Positions 49,604 to 59,696 of a stretch of DNA of 64,000 bases are shown here, one piece after another. The notes under the pieces are model-generated. The model saw only the letters and a list, made by a program, of their open reading frames with translations. It had not been told where the DNA came from and searched no databases. The stretch comes from an uncultured Pseudomonadales bacterium. Its GTDB lineage: Bacteria; Patescibacteriota; Microgenomatia; UBA1400; PJMF01. The first letter of the stretch is position 1; the number at the start of each line of letters is the position of its first letter. The translations under genes were made by a program, and so were the position numbers. The stretch covers positions 150,621-214,620 of the forward strand of contig CAZEEV010000001.1 in the NCBI GenBank assembly GCA_964511345.1, in the 5' to 3' direction.

Positions 49604-51011
49604 AAAAAAATCTTTTTTACTGAGCTTAATTCTATTACTTGCTCTAGGTTTACGTTTCTATCGAATTAATAATCCCGTCGCTGATTGGCATGCTTTTCGT
49701 CAAGCTGACACCGCTTCAGTAACTAGAGAATATGTTAAAGCAGATAAAATCGATCTACTTAGACCTCATTATCAGGATTTATCTAATATTCAGTCTGGTT
49801 CAGATAACTTAGAGGGCTACCGCATGGTTGAATTTCCCTTCATTAATGGAGGACTGGCACTTATCTTAAAAACATTCAAAAGTTTGGATTTAGTGCTTTT
49901 TAGCCGCTTAGCCTCGGTTTTTATTTCACTGCTAACCATCGTGGTGCTTTATCAATTAGTAAAAGAAGTTTCTGGTCAAAAACTCGCTTTACTTAGTGCT
50001 TTCAGCTATGCCGTTTTACCCTATAGTGTCTTTTATTCACGAGTCATTTTGCCAGAACCTTATTTTTTGTTTTTTTCTACTTTTTCTCTATGGCAATTCT
50101 ATTTATTTGCCAAACATCGCTCTTGGTCTACATATTTTTTCAGCATCATTGGTTTGGCTTTAGCAGCTTTATTGAAACCTTTTGTGGTTTTTTTAGCTCC
50201 AGTTTATCTAGCTATTCTTTGGCAATTTCGCCAAAAGAAGCTTTTGTTAGATCCAAGGGTTTATTTGTTGCCAATTATTGCTTTTGCTCCCATGTTTGCT
50301 TGGAGAGAATGGATTAAAGCTTTCCCAACTGGTATCCCGGATTCCGATTGGTTATTAAATGGTAATGGAATTCGTTTGCGACCAGCTTGGTTTCGTTGGC
50401 TTTTTTATGAACGTTTAACAAAATTATTTTTAGGTTACTTTGGAGTTGTTTTTCTGTTCGCTAATTTGTTCAAAAAAAATAAGGAGATGTTAATCTATGG
50501 AGCTTGGTGGTTAGGAGTTCTTATTTATTTTGTCGTCATTGCTACTGGTAATGTTCAGCATGATTATTACCAGAATCTCATCTCACCAATTGTGACCATT
50601 TCAGTTGCGCGAGGCATGCTCATTGTGTACGAAAAATTAAATAAAAAAATTGCTTTCGCGGCAACGTCTTTAATCTTCGTACTTTGGTTATTTTTTGCCA
50701 ATAAACAAATTGCTGGTTATTATAATGTCAATCATTGGGAATACGTTAAAGCCGGCACAGCTGTTGATCAGTTGGTAGACAAAAACGCTTTGGTAATTGC
50801 TCCTGCTATGGGAGATACACAATTTTTATTTCAAACTAATCGTCGTGGTTGGCCAATTGGTTTTGAAATTGAAGATAAAATTAATAAAGGGGCTGATATT
50901 TATGTCTCTAGCAGTTATGATTGGGAGGCTGAAACATTAGCAGAAAAATACCAAGTACTTGCTCACACTGCTGACTACATTATTATCGATTTGAAAGCTA
51001 AAAAACCATGA
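49557..51011 (+). CDS. polytopic GT-C-like membrane glycosyltransferase
   Basis: 484 aa. 'ADWHAFRQADTASVTREY' loop after TM1. Multiple TM helices. C-terminal soluble domain. Confidence 0.45.
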   Translation: MPVLNMLKKLLKKALKKKSFLLSLILLLALGLRFYRINNPVADWHAFRQADTASVTREYVKADKIDLLRPHYQDLSNIQSGSDNLEGYRMVEFPFINGGLALILKTFKSLDLVLFSRLASVFISLLTIVVLYQLVKEVSGQKLALLSAFSYAVLPYSVFYSRVILPEPYFLFFSTFSLWQFYLFAKHRSWSTYFFSIIGLALAALLKPFVVFLAPVYLAILWQFRQKKLLLDPRVYLLPIIAFAPMFAWREWIKAFPTGIPDSDWLLNGNGIRLRPAWFRWLFYERLTKLFLGYFGVVFLFANLFKKNKEMLIYGAWWLGVLIYFVVIATGNVQHDYYQNLISPIVTISVARGMLIVYEKLNKKIAFAATSLIFVLWLFFANKQIAGYYNVNHWEYVKAGTAVDQLVDKNALVIAPAMGDTQFLFQTNRRGWPIGFEIEDKINKGADIYVSSSYDWEAETLAEKYQVLAHTADYIIIDLKAKKP

Positions 51012-52207
51012 AGATATTAATGCTTACGCCTTATTTGCCATACCCACTTTTATCTGGTGGGCAAATTCGTACCTACAATCTTCTCAAGAAACTAAGTAAC
51101 AAACACCAAATTACTTTGTTTGCTTTGATTAAAAATGAGGAAGAAAAGCAATATGTCAGTGAATTGGAAAAATATTGCCATAAAGTCAGAGTTTTTAAAC
51201 GCAGTGAAAAACCTTTTACTCTCAAGAATATTTTTAAAACTGCGTTTTCTGGTTTTCCTTTTCTAGTGATCCGCAATCAAGCTGAAGGTAGTTTGGAAGC
51301 TATCAAAAAAGAAATTGCCAAAGAAAATTATGATTTAATTCATGCTGAAACTTTTTACATGATGCCTCATATTCCTGAGTGTCAAATTCCTATTATTTTA
51401 GTGGAACAGACCATTGAATATTTGGGCTATGAAAGTTATGCCAAAAAGGCACCTCTTCTCTTAAAACCTCTACTTAATGCTGATGTTAAAAAGATTCATC
51501 TTTGGGAGAAACATTACTGGCAGAAAGCGGATCGCTTAATCGTTATGAGCGAAGAAGATCGCCAATTTATTGCCAAAGATCTGGATAAAGAAAAAATCGA
51601 TGTAGTTGCCAATGGCGTTGATACCAAATGGTTTGCTGAAAAAAAACGCCAATTAGCTAATCGACCAACTATTTTATCTGTAGGAACTTTTAAATGGCTG
51701 CCTAATATCGAAGCCGTAGATTTTTTAGTCAATCAAGTTTGGCCTTTAATTAAAAAAGCCGTGGCTAATGCTAATTTGTTAATTGTTGGTAATGCTCCTA
51801 CCGAAAAAGTTATTTCTTATGGTAAAAGTGATCCACAAATCACCGTTGCTGGCCGAGTAGAGGATATTCGCGACGCTTTTGGCAGCGCCCATGTTTTATT
51901 AGCCCCGGTATTTAGTGGTAAAGGCACTCGTTATAAAATTTTGGAGGCCATGGCCAGCGGCACTCCAGTGGTAGCTAGTAAAATCGCTGTTGAAGGTTTA
52001 AATATCACTGACGGTGTTCATCTCTTGACTAGCAACAAAGCTACTGATCTGGCAGATTTGACAGTTCGAGTACTTAATGATAAAAATCTCTGGCAGAAAC
52101 TTTCCAAAAACGGCAAAGAATTTGTAGCCAAAAATTATGATTGGGAATTAATTTCTCAAAAGTTAGACAGAATTTATCAGGAAATAGGAAATTATGCAAA
52201 AAAGTAA
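51008..52207 (+). CDS. GT4 (GT-B fold) glycosyltransferase
   Basis: 'GKGTRYKILEAMASGTPVVAS'. Confidence 0.8.
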   Translation: MKILMLTPYLPYPLLSGGQIRTYNLLKKLSNKHQITLFALIKNEEEKQYVSELEKYCHKVRVFKRSEKPFTLKNIFKTAFSGFPFLVIRNQAEGSLEAIKKEIAKENYDLIHAETFYMMPHIPECQIPIILVEQTIEYLGYESYAKKAPLLLKPLLNADVKKIHLWEKHYWQKADRLIVMSEEDRQFIAKDLDKEKIDVVANGVDTKWFAEKKRQLANRPTILSVGTFKWLPNIEAVDFLVNQVWPLIKKAVANANLLIVGNAPTEKVISYGKSDPQITVAGRVEDIRDAFGSAHVLLAPVFSGKGTRYKILEAMASGTPVVASKIAVEGLNITDGVHLLTSNKATDLADLTVRVLNDKNLWQKLSKNGKEFVAKNYDWELISQKLDRIYQEIGNYAKK

Positions 52208-53084
52208 GACTAAAATAGATTTGAGCATTATCGTTCTAAATTATAATGGCCAATTTTGGCTCAAAAAGCTTTTACCCACCCTCAAAAAAAACTACATGGA
52301 TAAGAGTAAATACCAAGTGGAGCTAATTGTTGTTGATAACGATAGCACCGACGATAGCGTTAAGCTCATGCGTCGCGATTTTAAGTGGGCAACGACTATT
52401 GAGTCTGGTCGCAATGGCGGCTTTGCCTTCGGTAATAACGTTGCCATTAAAGGAAATAATGCTCGTTACGTGATGTTATTAAATAGCGACACTGAATTTT
52501 TACCAAATGGCCAATCCGATCTTGATCAAATCATTGATTTTATGGACCAAAATACCGACGTTGGCATGGTATCACCTCGAGTTGAATTAAGTGATGGCAG
52601 CCTCGATCCAGCTTCCCACCGCGGCGAACCTACTCCTTGGGCAAGTTTAGCTTATTTATTGGGTTTAGAAAAGTTATTCCCCAAATGCAAACTTTTTGCC
52701 GGCTATCACCAAAGTTACAAAGATTTAAATACTATCCATGAAGTTGATGCCTGCACTGGTGCAGCCATGGTAGTACGCAATGGCGCTATCAAAAAAATCG
52801 GTATGCTCGATGAAATTTTCTTTATGTACGCTGAAGATTTGGATTGGTGCAAACGCTTTCGCGATGCTAACTATCGCATTGTCTTTTATCCAAGAATTAA
52901 AATTATTCATCATAAATACAAATCAGGAATTAAAAGCAGTAATAAAAAAACCGCTTCAATTACTCAGCAGTATTTTTACAAAACTATGCTGCAATATTAC
53001 GATAAACATTACAAAGATAAATACCCTAAATTCTTGAGGGGAATTGTCAAATATTTTGTTTTGATTAAAACAGATGGTCGCTAA
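52194..53084 (+). CDS. GT2 family glycosyltransferase
   Basis: 'LSIIVLNYNGQ...VVDNDSTDDS', 'NSDT' and 'EDLDW'. Confidence 0.75.
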   Translation: MQKSKTKIDLSIIVLNYNGQFWLKKLLPTLKKNYMDKSKYQVELIVVDNDSTDDSVKLMRRDFKWATTIESGRNGGFAFGNNVAIKGNNARYVMLLNSDTEFLPNGQSDLDQIIDFMDQNTDVGMVSPRVELSDGSLDPASHRGEPTPWASLAYLLGLEKLFPKCKLFAGYHQSYKDLNTIHEVDACTGAAMVVRNGAIKKIGMLDEIFFMYAEDLDWCKRFRDANYRIVFYPRIKIIHHKYKSGIKSSNKKTASITQQYFYKTMLQYYDKHYKDKYPKFLRGIVKYFVLIKTDGR

Positions 53085-54219
53085 AAAAACTTATACTATC
53101 GGTATTGATGCACGCTTATCTGGTGAAAAGCATGCTGGCATTGGTCGTTATAGTGAAAATTTAATTAGACGATTGATCAAACTCGGCTTGGAACAACAAA
53201 AAAAACTACCAATTAAATTTGTTTTATTTTTTTTCGATGCGCAGCAAGCCAAAGAAGTGTTGGGTGAATTTTATGAAGTCAATAATATTGAAATAGTTAT
53301 TGCTCGTATTAAGCACTATGGTTTTGCAGAACAGCTTTGCTTGCCAAAAATCTATCGTCGAGCCAAATTGGATTTACTTTATGTTCCTCATTGGAATGTT
53401 CCAGTTTTCTATCGAGGTAAATTAGCGATCACTATTCATGACCTACTTTGGCATGAACAAAAAGGTACTCAGGCCACTACATTAAAGGCCTGGCAATATT
53501 ATTTTAAGTATCTGGCTTATCGATACATCAGTAAAAAAATCGCTCAAAAAGCTCAAGTTATTTTCGTTCCTGCTGAAACAATTAAAAAAACCGTGAGCAA
53601 CTATTATCCTTTTGCAAAAAACAAGATTATTGTCAGTAAAGAGGGTTTAGCCAATGCTTACGAATTTGTTTTGCAAACAGATTCTTCAATTAATCATCAC
53701 ATTAAAAAACAATTAATTTATACTGGCTCTCTCTATCCTCATAAAAATCTTAAGGTCGTTATTAAAAGTCTCAGTAAAATTCCCAAGTACAAACTCCTTA
53801 TCGCTTCTTCTAGAAATATTTTTCAAGACCAAATTCAAGCTTTGGTATCACGCTATAAGGTTAAAAAGCAAGTAGTTTTCTTGGGGTTTGTAAACGATAA
53901 AAAGCTTTTATCTATTTATCAAGAGTCCATGGCTTTAGTTCAGCCATCTTTTTCTGAAGGTTTTGGTTTAACCGGCATTGAAGCTATGGCTAGTCGTTTA
54001 CCAGTTTTAGCTTCAGATATCAAAATTTTTAGAGAAATTTATCAAGATGCGGCTTTCTTCTTTGACCCTAATTCTTGTGAGGATTTTCTCAAAGCACTCA
54101 GTGAACTAGAAATTGCTAATAGAAAAACAATTGTTGAACGAGGTCTTAGAATCGCCAAACAATACAGTTTTGACAAGATGGCTCAAGAAATTTGGACAGA
54201 GCTACTTAAGCAATTATGA
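53074..54219 (+). CDS. GT4 (GT-B fold) glycosyltransferase
   Basis: 'FSEGFGLTGIEAMASRLPVLAS'. Confidence 0.75.
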   Translation: MVAKKTYTIGIDARLSGEKHAGIGRYSENLIRRLIKLGLEQQKKLPIKFVLFFFDAQQAKEVLGEFYEVNNIEIVIARIKHYGFAEQLCLPKIYRRAKLDLLYVPHWNVPVFYRGKLAITIHDLLWHEQKGTQATTLKAWQYYFKYLAYRYISKKIAQKAQVIFVPAETIKKTVSNYYPFAKNKIIVSKEGLANAYEFVLQTDSSINHHIKKQLIYTGSLYPHKNLKVVIKSLSKIPKYKLLIASSRNIFQDQIQALVSRYKVKKQVVFLGFVNDKKLLSIYQESMALVQPSFSEGFGLTGIEAMASRLPVLASDIKIFREIYQDAAFFFDPNSCEDFLKALSELEIANRKTIVERGLRIAKQYSFDKMAQEIWTELLKQL

Positions 54220-55382
54220 AAAGTCGCGTCGCTCTTATTTATGATCGCGCCAATACTGCTTACGGTGGAGCAGAGCAAGTGCTTTTAGCCATTCAAAAAA
54301 TTTATCCTGAAGTCACACTTTTTAGTTCCGTCTATAATCCTCAAAAAGCCAAGTGGACTAAAAAATTTAAAGAAGTCAAAACTTCTTTTTTACAAAAAAT
54401 TCCCTTTACTTCTGCACTGCATCGCTATTTAGCAGCACTCATGCCTCTTGCTTTCGAAAATTTAAATTTAGCTGAATATGACATCATCATTTCTGTCACT
54501 AGCGCTGAAGCCAAAGGTGTCATTACCAGAAGAGATCAATTGCATCTCTGTTATTTACTCAGTCCTCCACGCTATCTTTATCATTATCAAGATGAATATT
54601 TAAAACAAAATCAATTATTGCAGTTACCACTTATCAATTCTTTAGCCAAAGGTGCTTTAAATTATTTGAAAAAATGGGATCAAATGGCTATTTATCGTCC
54701 TGATCTCATTATCCCTATTGCGCAAATTGTTAAAGAAAGAGCAAAAAAATATTATCCTCAAGTTAAATTAGAAAAAGTCATTTATCCACCAATTAATACT
54801 ACTTTAATTAATTATCAAGATAAAACTTCCGTGTCTATGATAGATGGCGATTATTTTCTTGTAGTCAGTCGCCTAGTGCCATATAAAAACATTGTATCTG
54901 CAATTCTGGCTTGTCAAAAATTAGGTAAAAAATTAGTGATTGTGGGGGAAGGACCAGAGGAAAAGCATTTGCGTAATCTAGCTAATCAACTAATTATTTT
55001 TAAGAAAAAAGTAAGCAATAAAACATTAGCTAATTTATATCAACACTGTCTGGCAGTATTGAGTCCTGGTCTTGATGATTTCGGCATTATCGCTTTGGAA
55101 GCCAATTTATTTGGCAAACCCGTAATTATTAATCAATTAGCTGGCGCAGCCGAACTGATCACTGACAAAATTCATGGACTACACTTACCCTATCAGGCCG
55201 ATAATTCTGTGGAAGAGATCAGCTTTAATCTGGTAAAAAAGATTCAACAATTACCAAAGATCAATTTTGAAGTCGAAACACTACGCAAAAATGCGCTAAA
55301 ATATGATACAAATGAATTTGTCCTTAATTTCGGTTCTGCCGTCAACAAAGCTTACCAAGAAAAAAAAGAGGGAAAATTATGA
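54216..55382 (+). CDS. GT4-like (GT-B fold) glycosyltransferase
   Basis: 'YGGAEQVL' N-terminus and a C-terminal GT-B Rossmann domain ('GIIALEANLFGKPVII'). Confidence 0.65.
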   Translation: MKSRVALIYDRANTAYGGAEQVLLAIQKIYPEVTLFSSVYNPQKAKWTKKFKEVKTSFLQKIPFTSALHRYLAALMPLAFENLNLAEYDIIISVTSAEAKGVITRRDQLHLCYLLSPPRYLYHYQDEYLKQNQLLQLPLINSLAKGALNYLKKWDQMAIYRPDLIIPIAQIVKERAKKYYPQVKLEKVIYPPINTTLINYQDKTSVSMIDGDYFLVVSRLVPYKNIVSAILACQKLGKKLVIVGEGPEEKHLRNLANQLIIFKKKVSNKTLANLYQHCLAVLSPGLDDFGIIALEANLFGKPVIINQLAGAAELITDKIHGLHLPYQADNSVEEISFNLVKKIQQLPKINFEVETLRKNALKYDTNEFVLNFGSAVNKAYQEKKEGKL

Positions 55383-56482
55383 TCGATAAAAAACAAATTT
55401 ATGCCGTCTTGTTAGCCGGAGGTGGAGGAACCAGGCTTTGGCCCAAATCGAGAACTAAAACTCCTAAACAATTTCTCAAATTAACTGGTCCACAAACCAT
55501 GATGCAAATTGCTGCTGCTCGTATCAATAAAGTAGTAGATTGGGAAAATATTATTGTAGTAACCAATCAACTTTATTTTGAAGAAGTCAAAAAGCAACTT
55601 CCTGAAATTAAAGTTGAGAACATCATTGCTGAACCAGAAAAACGCGATACTGCTGCTGCTATGTTAATCGGAGCGCTTTATGCTAAAAGCAAAAATGAAA
55701 ACGCAGTAGTTATTAACGCTGCTTCAGATCACATTGTTGATAATATGTCCGAGTTTATTAAGGTCATGAATGCGGCTGTGGAAACAGCTGCAGAGAACCC
55801 TTATCTGGTAACTGTCGGCATTACACCTGCGTATCCTACTAGTGCCTTCGGTTACATCAAAGTTGGTCATGATATTAAAAAAATCAAACGTGACTTAACA
55901 CTTTTTCAAGTGGATAGTTTTACTGAAAAACCAAATTTAGCCACTGCCATTGCTTTCATTTCCACTGGGGCATATTTTTGGAATGCCAATATGTATGTTT
56001 GGTCAGCCAAAGAACTTAAAAGTGCCTTTGCTAAGTTTATGCCTGATATGTTAGCGCTATGCAAGGACTTGGATAAACTTAACAGTAAAGAATTCCATCA
56101 GGCCTTGCCTAAAGTTTATAAAGAAATTGAAAGCATTTCTATTGATTATGCCATTAGTGAAAAGGCTGATAATCTTGTTCTCATACCTGGGGATTTTGGT
56201 TGGAATGACGTTGGCGACTGGAAAGTAGTTTATGACCTAGGTAAAAAAGATTTATCTGGTAATGTCATGCTTGGTGATAAAAAAGAAATTCATGCCTTGT
56301 CCATCAATTCTCACCGCAATCTAATCCACGCTGATGGACGTCTGGTAGCAATTTGTGGAATTGATGATTTAATAGTCATTGATACTGACGAAATTTTAAT
56401 GATTTGTCCCAAAAATAAAAGTCAGGACGTCAAGAAAATGGTCGAACGTCTCAAAGAAGAAAATAAAAAAGAATATTTATAA
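55379..56482 (+). CDS. manC: mannose-1-phosphate guanylyltransferase (GDP-mannose pyrophosphorylase)
   Basis: 'YAVLLAGGGGTRLWPKSRTKTPKQFL' nucleotidyltransferase signature. 367 aa. Confidence 0.8.
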   Translation: MIDKKQIYAVLLAGGGGTRLWPKSRTKTPKQFLKLTGPQTMMQIAAARINKVVDWENIIVVTNQLYFEEVKKQLPEIKVENIIAEPEKRDTAAAMLIGALYAKSKNENAVVINAASDHIVDNMSEFIKVMNAAVETAAENPYLVTVGITPAYPTSAFGYIKVGHDIKKIKRDLTLFQVDSFTEKPNLATAIAFISTGAYFWNANMYVWSAKELKSAFAKFMPDMLALCKDLDKLNSKEFHQALPKVYKEIESISIDYAISEKADNLVLIPGDFGWNDVGDWKVVYDLGKKDLSGNVMLGDKKEIHALSINSHRNLIHADGRLVAICGIDDLIVIDTDEILMICPKNKSQDVKKMVERLKEENKKEYL

Positions 56483-56485
56483 CCT

Positions 56486-57112
56486 ATGTCTTACGATCAA
56501 AAAAAGAGAATTTTGGACCTATTTGTAGCAATTATTCTTATCATTGCTTTTTTGCCCTTTTGGATCTTAATTCCCATATTAATTTTTTTCGACTCTGGTT
56601 GGCCAGTTATTTTTACCCATAAAAGAGTCGGCAAGAATGGCATCGATTTTGAACTATATAAATTTCGTTCGATGGTTCTTAATGCTGATGAGATTTTGCA
56701 CCAAAAAAATCATAAGCTGCTCAGACAATTTAAAAATGGCGATTGGAAAATTGCCGCTAAAGATGACCCTCGTATTACTCCACTTGGAAGATTTTTGCGA
56801 TCTCTCACCATTGACGAATTTCCTCAACTATTTAATGTCCTAAAAGGACAAATGAGTATGGTTGGTCCCAGGGCTTATGTGCGTAAAGAGCTAGAAGAAC
56901 AAAGCAAAAAATATCCAGAAACTAAAAAATATATTCCCCATATCTTATCTGTGAAGCCTGGCATTACCGGTCCTTGGCAAACTAGCGGGCGCAACGAGAT
57001 TCCTTTTGTTCAGAGAGCCGCAATGGATTCTGAATATGCAGAAAATAAAAACATTACTCAAGATATATTGATTCTTTTGCGCACTCCCAAAGCCATGTTG
57101 TCAAAGTGGTAG
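56486..57112 (+). CDS. initiating polyprenyl-phosphate sugar-phosphate transferase (bacterial sugar transferase, PglC/WbaP C-terminal-domain type)
   Basis: Single N-terminal re-entrant helix, 'LYKFRSM', 'DDPRITPLGRFLRSLTIDEFPQLFNVLKGQMSMVGPR'. Confidence 0.85.
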   Translation: MSYDQKKRILDLFVAIILIIAFLPFWILIPILIFFDSGWPVIFTHKRVGKNGIDFELYKFRSMVLNADEILHQKNHKLLRQFKNGDWKIAAKDDPRITPLGRFLRSLTIDEFPQLFNVLKGQMSMVGPRAYVRKELEEQSKKYPETKKYIPHILSVKPGITGPWQTSGRNEIPFVQRAAMDSEYAENKNITQDILILLRTPKAMLSKW

Positions 57113-57146
57113 TTCTCTTAATTTGAATCTGCTATACTAAATTTCT

Positions 57147-59153
57147 ATGGATAATATTTTGCCCGATAATGAACAGGAAGTAAAAATAGAAAATTTATTT
57201 CCCACAAAAGAACCCGTGATTACTACTACAAGTAAAACCACTCCTACTAAAAAAAAGAAAAGAGTTGTTTTAAAGAAATGGCAAAAGGTTGTTTTCATTT
57301 TAGCCTTAGTTTTCTTAGTTTCATTAACTAGCCTGGCTAGCTACACTGTTTTCATCGCTAAAGAAATAAAACAACATGCCGATGAATTAATTCCGATAGC
57401 GTCTGAGGCCAAGGCTCTTCTCGCAAGTCAAAACATTATGGCTTTACCAGAAAAAGTCGCTCAGCTTAAAACTGGCAAAGAACAAGTTTACACAAGTTAC
57501 CAAAAATTAGCTTTTTATGGCAAAATTCCTTTTTTGAAACAATATTATCTTGATGGCGAAAAACTTTTCCAAGCAGCAGATTATGGTATTAGCGTTGCAG
57601 AAAAAGGTCTTAATGCTCTTATTCCTTATGCTGATATCTTAGGCTTTCAAGGAGAAGGTTCTTTCACTGGTGGTACAACTCAAGATCGTATTGTTTTGAT
57701 TTTGGCAACACTTAAAGAAATTCAACCAACAATAGATGAAATTGAACAAGAAATACACACTTTATCTGGTCTAATCAATGAAATTAATCCAGGCAGATAT
57801 CCTCAAAAAATTAAAGATCAAGAAATTAGAAACAAAATTATTGAAATTCAAAAAACCGCTAATATAGCCAGTCAAACTTTTTCTGACTATAAACCAGTCA
57901 TTGCTTCTTTAGGTAAAATGGCTGGAGCAGATGAACCGCAAAAATATCTGGTTTTATTCCAAAATGATAATGAATTGCGTCCCACCGGTGGTTTCTTGAC
58001 TGCCTACGCCATCATTACTGTTGACAAAGGTGTGGTTAATTCTGAAAAGTCAGATGACATTTATGAGTTAGACCAGAAATTCAATAAGAGAATTGCCATT
58101 CCTGACGTCTTGGGTAAATATCTTACTACTGAGAAGTATTATCATCTGCGTGATATGAATATTTCCCCAGACTTCAAAGCTTCGATGGAAGAATTTTATA
58201 CCAATTATTCCACTGTTAGAGGAGAACCAGATGATTTAGACGGCATCATCGCCGTAGATACTCATATTTTAAGTGAATTACTTAAAGTCATTGGTCCTGT
58301 AGAAGCTCCAGGATACGGTGTTTTCTCAGCTGAAAATGATATTCGCTGCGATTGCCCTCAAGTGGTTTATGCGCTATCAGAAATTATTACTAAACCCACT
58401 CCTTATATGCGTGAAGATCGTAAGGGTGTTTTAGGGCCGCTGATGAAGGCTGTGCTGGCTAAAACTTTCGATCTCGATAAAGCTAGATTTCCGGAACTTT
58501 TTGCAATCGCCATGAGTGGTATTGAGGGCCGTCATCTCCAAATGTATTTTATGGATGAAACTACTCAAATGGCTACTGAACAAATTAATGCAGGTGGCAG
58601 ACTTTACGAACTCAAAGACAATCTTAAAGGTTGGCAAATGGGTAACAACATGGACTTTTTGGCGATTGTCGACGCTAATTTAGGTGGTGCCAAATCAAAT
58701 TTATTTACCAACTATGAAGTTAAACAAACCATCAGTGCTCCAGTGGATGGTCGTTTAGAAAAAACTGTCGAAATTACTTATAAAAACACTCGTAAAGCAG
58801 ATAACTGTAACCTAGAAGCTGGAAAATTATGCCTGAATGCCACTCTTAACGATTGGGTCAGAATTTATGTGCCAGCTGGTACAGAACTCATTGATATTCA
58901 GGGAATTAGTAACGAAGCCAGTGTTTATGATGAAGCTAATCTAACAGTGATTGATGGCTATTTCAGTTTGGAACCAATGGGTTTGGCGAAAATCAAACTC
59001 ACTTATTCCATACCTTATACAGAAACCGTCAATTACAATTTCAGGATGTGGAAACAGGGTGGTATCGATGCTGTACCAGTCCTAATCGACGTCACCGGTG
59101 GAGAAGAACAACTACTTCTTAGCAAAGATCTAGACTACAGTACTGTTTTTTAA
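57147..59153 (+). CDS. membrane-anchored DUF4012-like extracytoplasmic protein
   Basis: 668 aa, single N-terminal TM. 'YLVLFQNDNELRPTGGFLTAYAII' conserved core. Confidence 0.45.
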   Translation: MDNILPDNEQEVKIENLFPTKEPVITTTSKTTPTKKKKRVVLKKWQKVVFILALVFLVSLTSLASYTVFIAKEIKQHADELIPIASEAKALLASQNIMALPEKVAQLKTGKEQVYTSYQKLAFYGKIPFLKQYYLDGEKLFQAADYGISVAEKGLNALIPYADILGFQGEGSFTGGTTQDRIVLILATLKEIQPTIDEIEQEIHTLSGLINEINPGRYPQKIKDQEIRNKIIEIQKTANIASQTFSDYKPVIASLGKMAGADEPQKYLVLFQNDNELRPTGGFLTAYAIITVDKGVVNSEKSDDIYELDQKFNKRIAIPDVLGKYLTTEKYYHLRDMNISPDFKASMEEFYTNYSTVRGEPDDLDGIIAVDTHILSELLKVIGPVEAPGYGVFSAENDIRCDCPQVVYALSEIITKPTPYMREDRKGVLGPLMKAVLAKTFDLDKARFPELFAIAMSGIEGRHLQMYFMDETTQMATEQINAGGRLYELKDNLKGWQMGNNMDFLAIVDANLGGAKSNLFTNYEVKQTISAPVDGRLEKTVEITYKNTRKADNCNLEAGKLCLNATLNDWVRIYVPAGTELIDIQGISNEASVYDEANLTVIDGYFSLEPMGLAKIKLTYSIPYTETVNYNFRMWKQGGIDAVPVLIDVTGGEEQLLLSKDLDYSTVF

Positions 59154-59158
59154 TCATT

Positions 59159-59695
59159 ATGAGTCACTCATTTAAAACAGAGGCCATAGTTCTCAAACGA
59201 ACTAATACTGGCGAAACTGATCGCATTGTGACTTTGCTTTCTAAAGATCACGGCAAAATTGTCTGTGTCGCTAAAGGCGTACGCAAACTTAAATCAAGTA
59301 ATCGCGCTACTCTTGAGCCTGGTAATCTAGCAGAAGTGTTTTTAATCGAAACAAAATCTTTACCCATCTTAACTCAAAGCAAACTTATTAAAGAAGCCGA
59401 TACTATACGTCAGTCTTTAACTGGCATTTCACAATTATCACAAATTTTAGAAATTTTTGATCGACTCTTTGTAGAGGACTTTATCGAAGAAGAAACTAGC
59501 CAATTGGCTTTTAATATTCACCAAGAATTATTAAGTCAAAATAAAAACAATAATAAAATTAAACTTCTGCTTAGAGATTTAATTAAAAATTTAGGCTACC
59601 AAGATATTAAAGCAACAGCTTATTCAAATATTTTGGATTACGTAGCAGAAATTACTGAGAAAAAAATGAAGAGTTTTGACTTTTTAAAAGTTTAA
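59159..59695 (+). CDS. recO: DNA repair protein RecO (short form)
   Basis: 'FKTEAIVLKRTNTGETDRIVTLLSKDHGKIVCVAKGVRK' N-terminal OB-fold typical of RecO. Confidence 0.65.
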   Translation: MSHSFKTEAIVLKRTNTGETDRIVTLLSKDHGKIVCVAKGVRKLKSSNRATLEPGNLAEVFLIETKSLPILTQSKLIKEADTIRQSLTGISQLSQILEIFDRLFVEDFIEEETSQLAFNIHQELLSQNKNNNKIKLLLRDLIKNLGYQDIKATAYSNILDYVAEITEKKMKSFDFLKV

Positions 59696-59696
59696 T

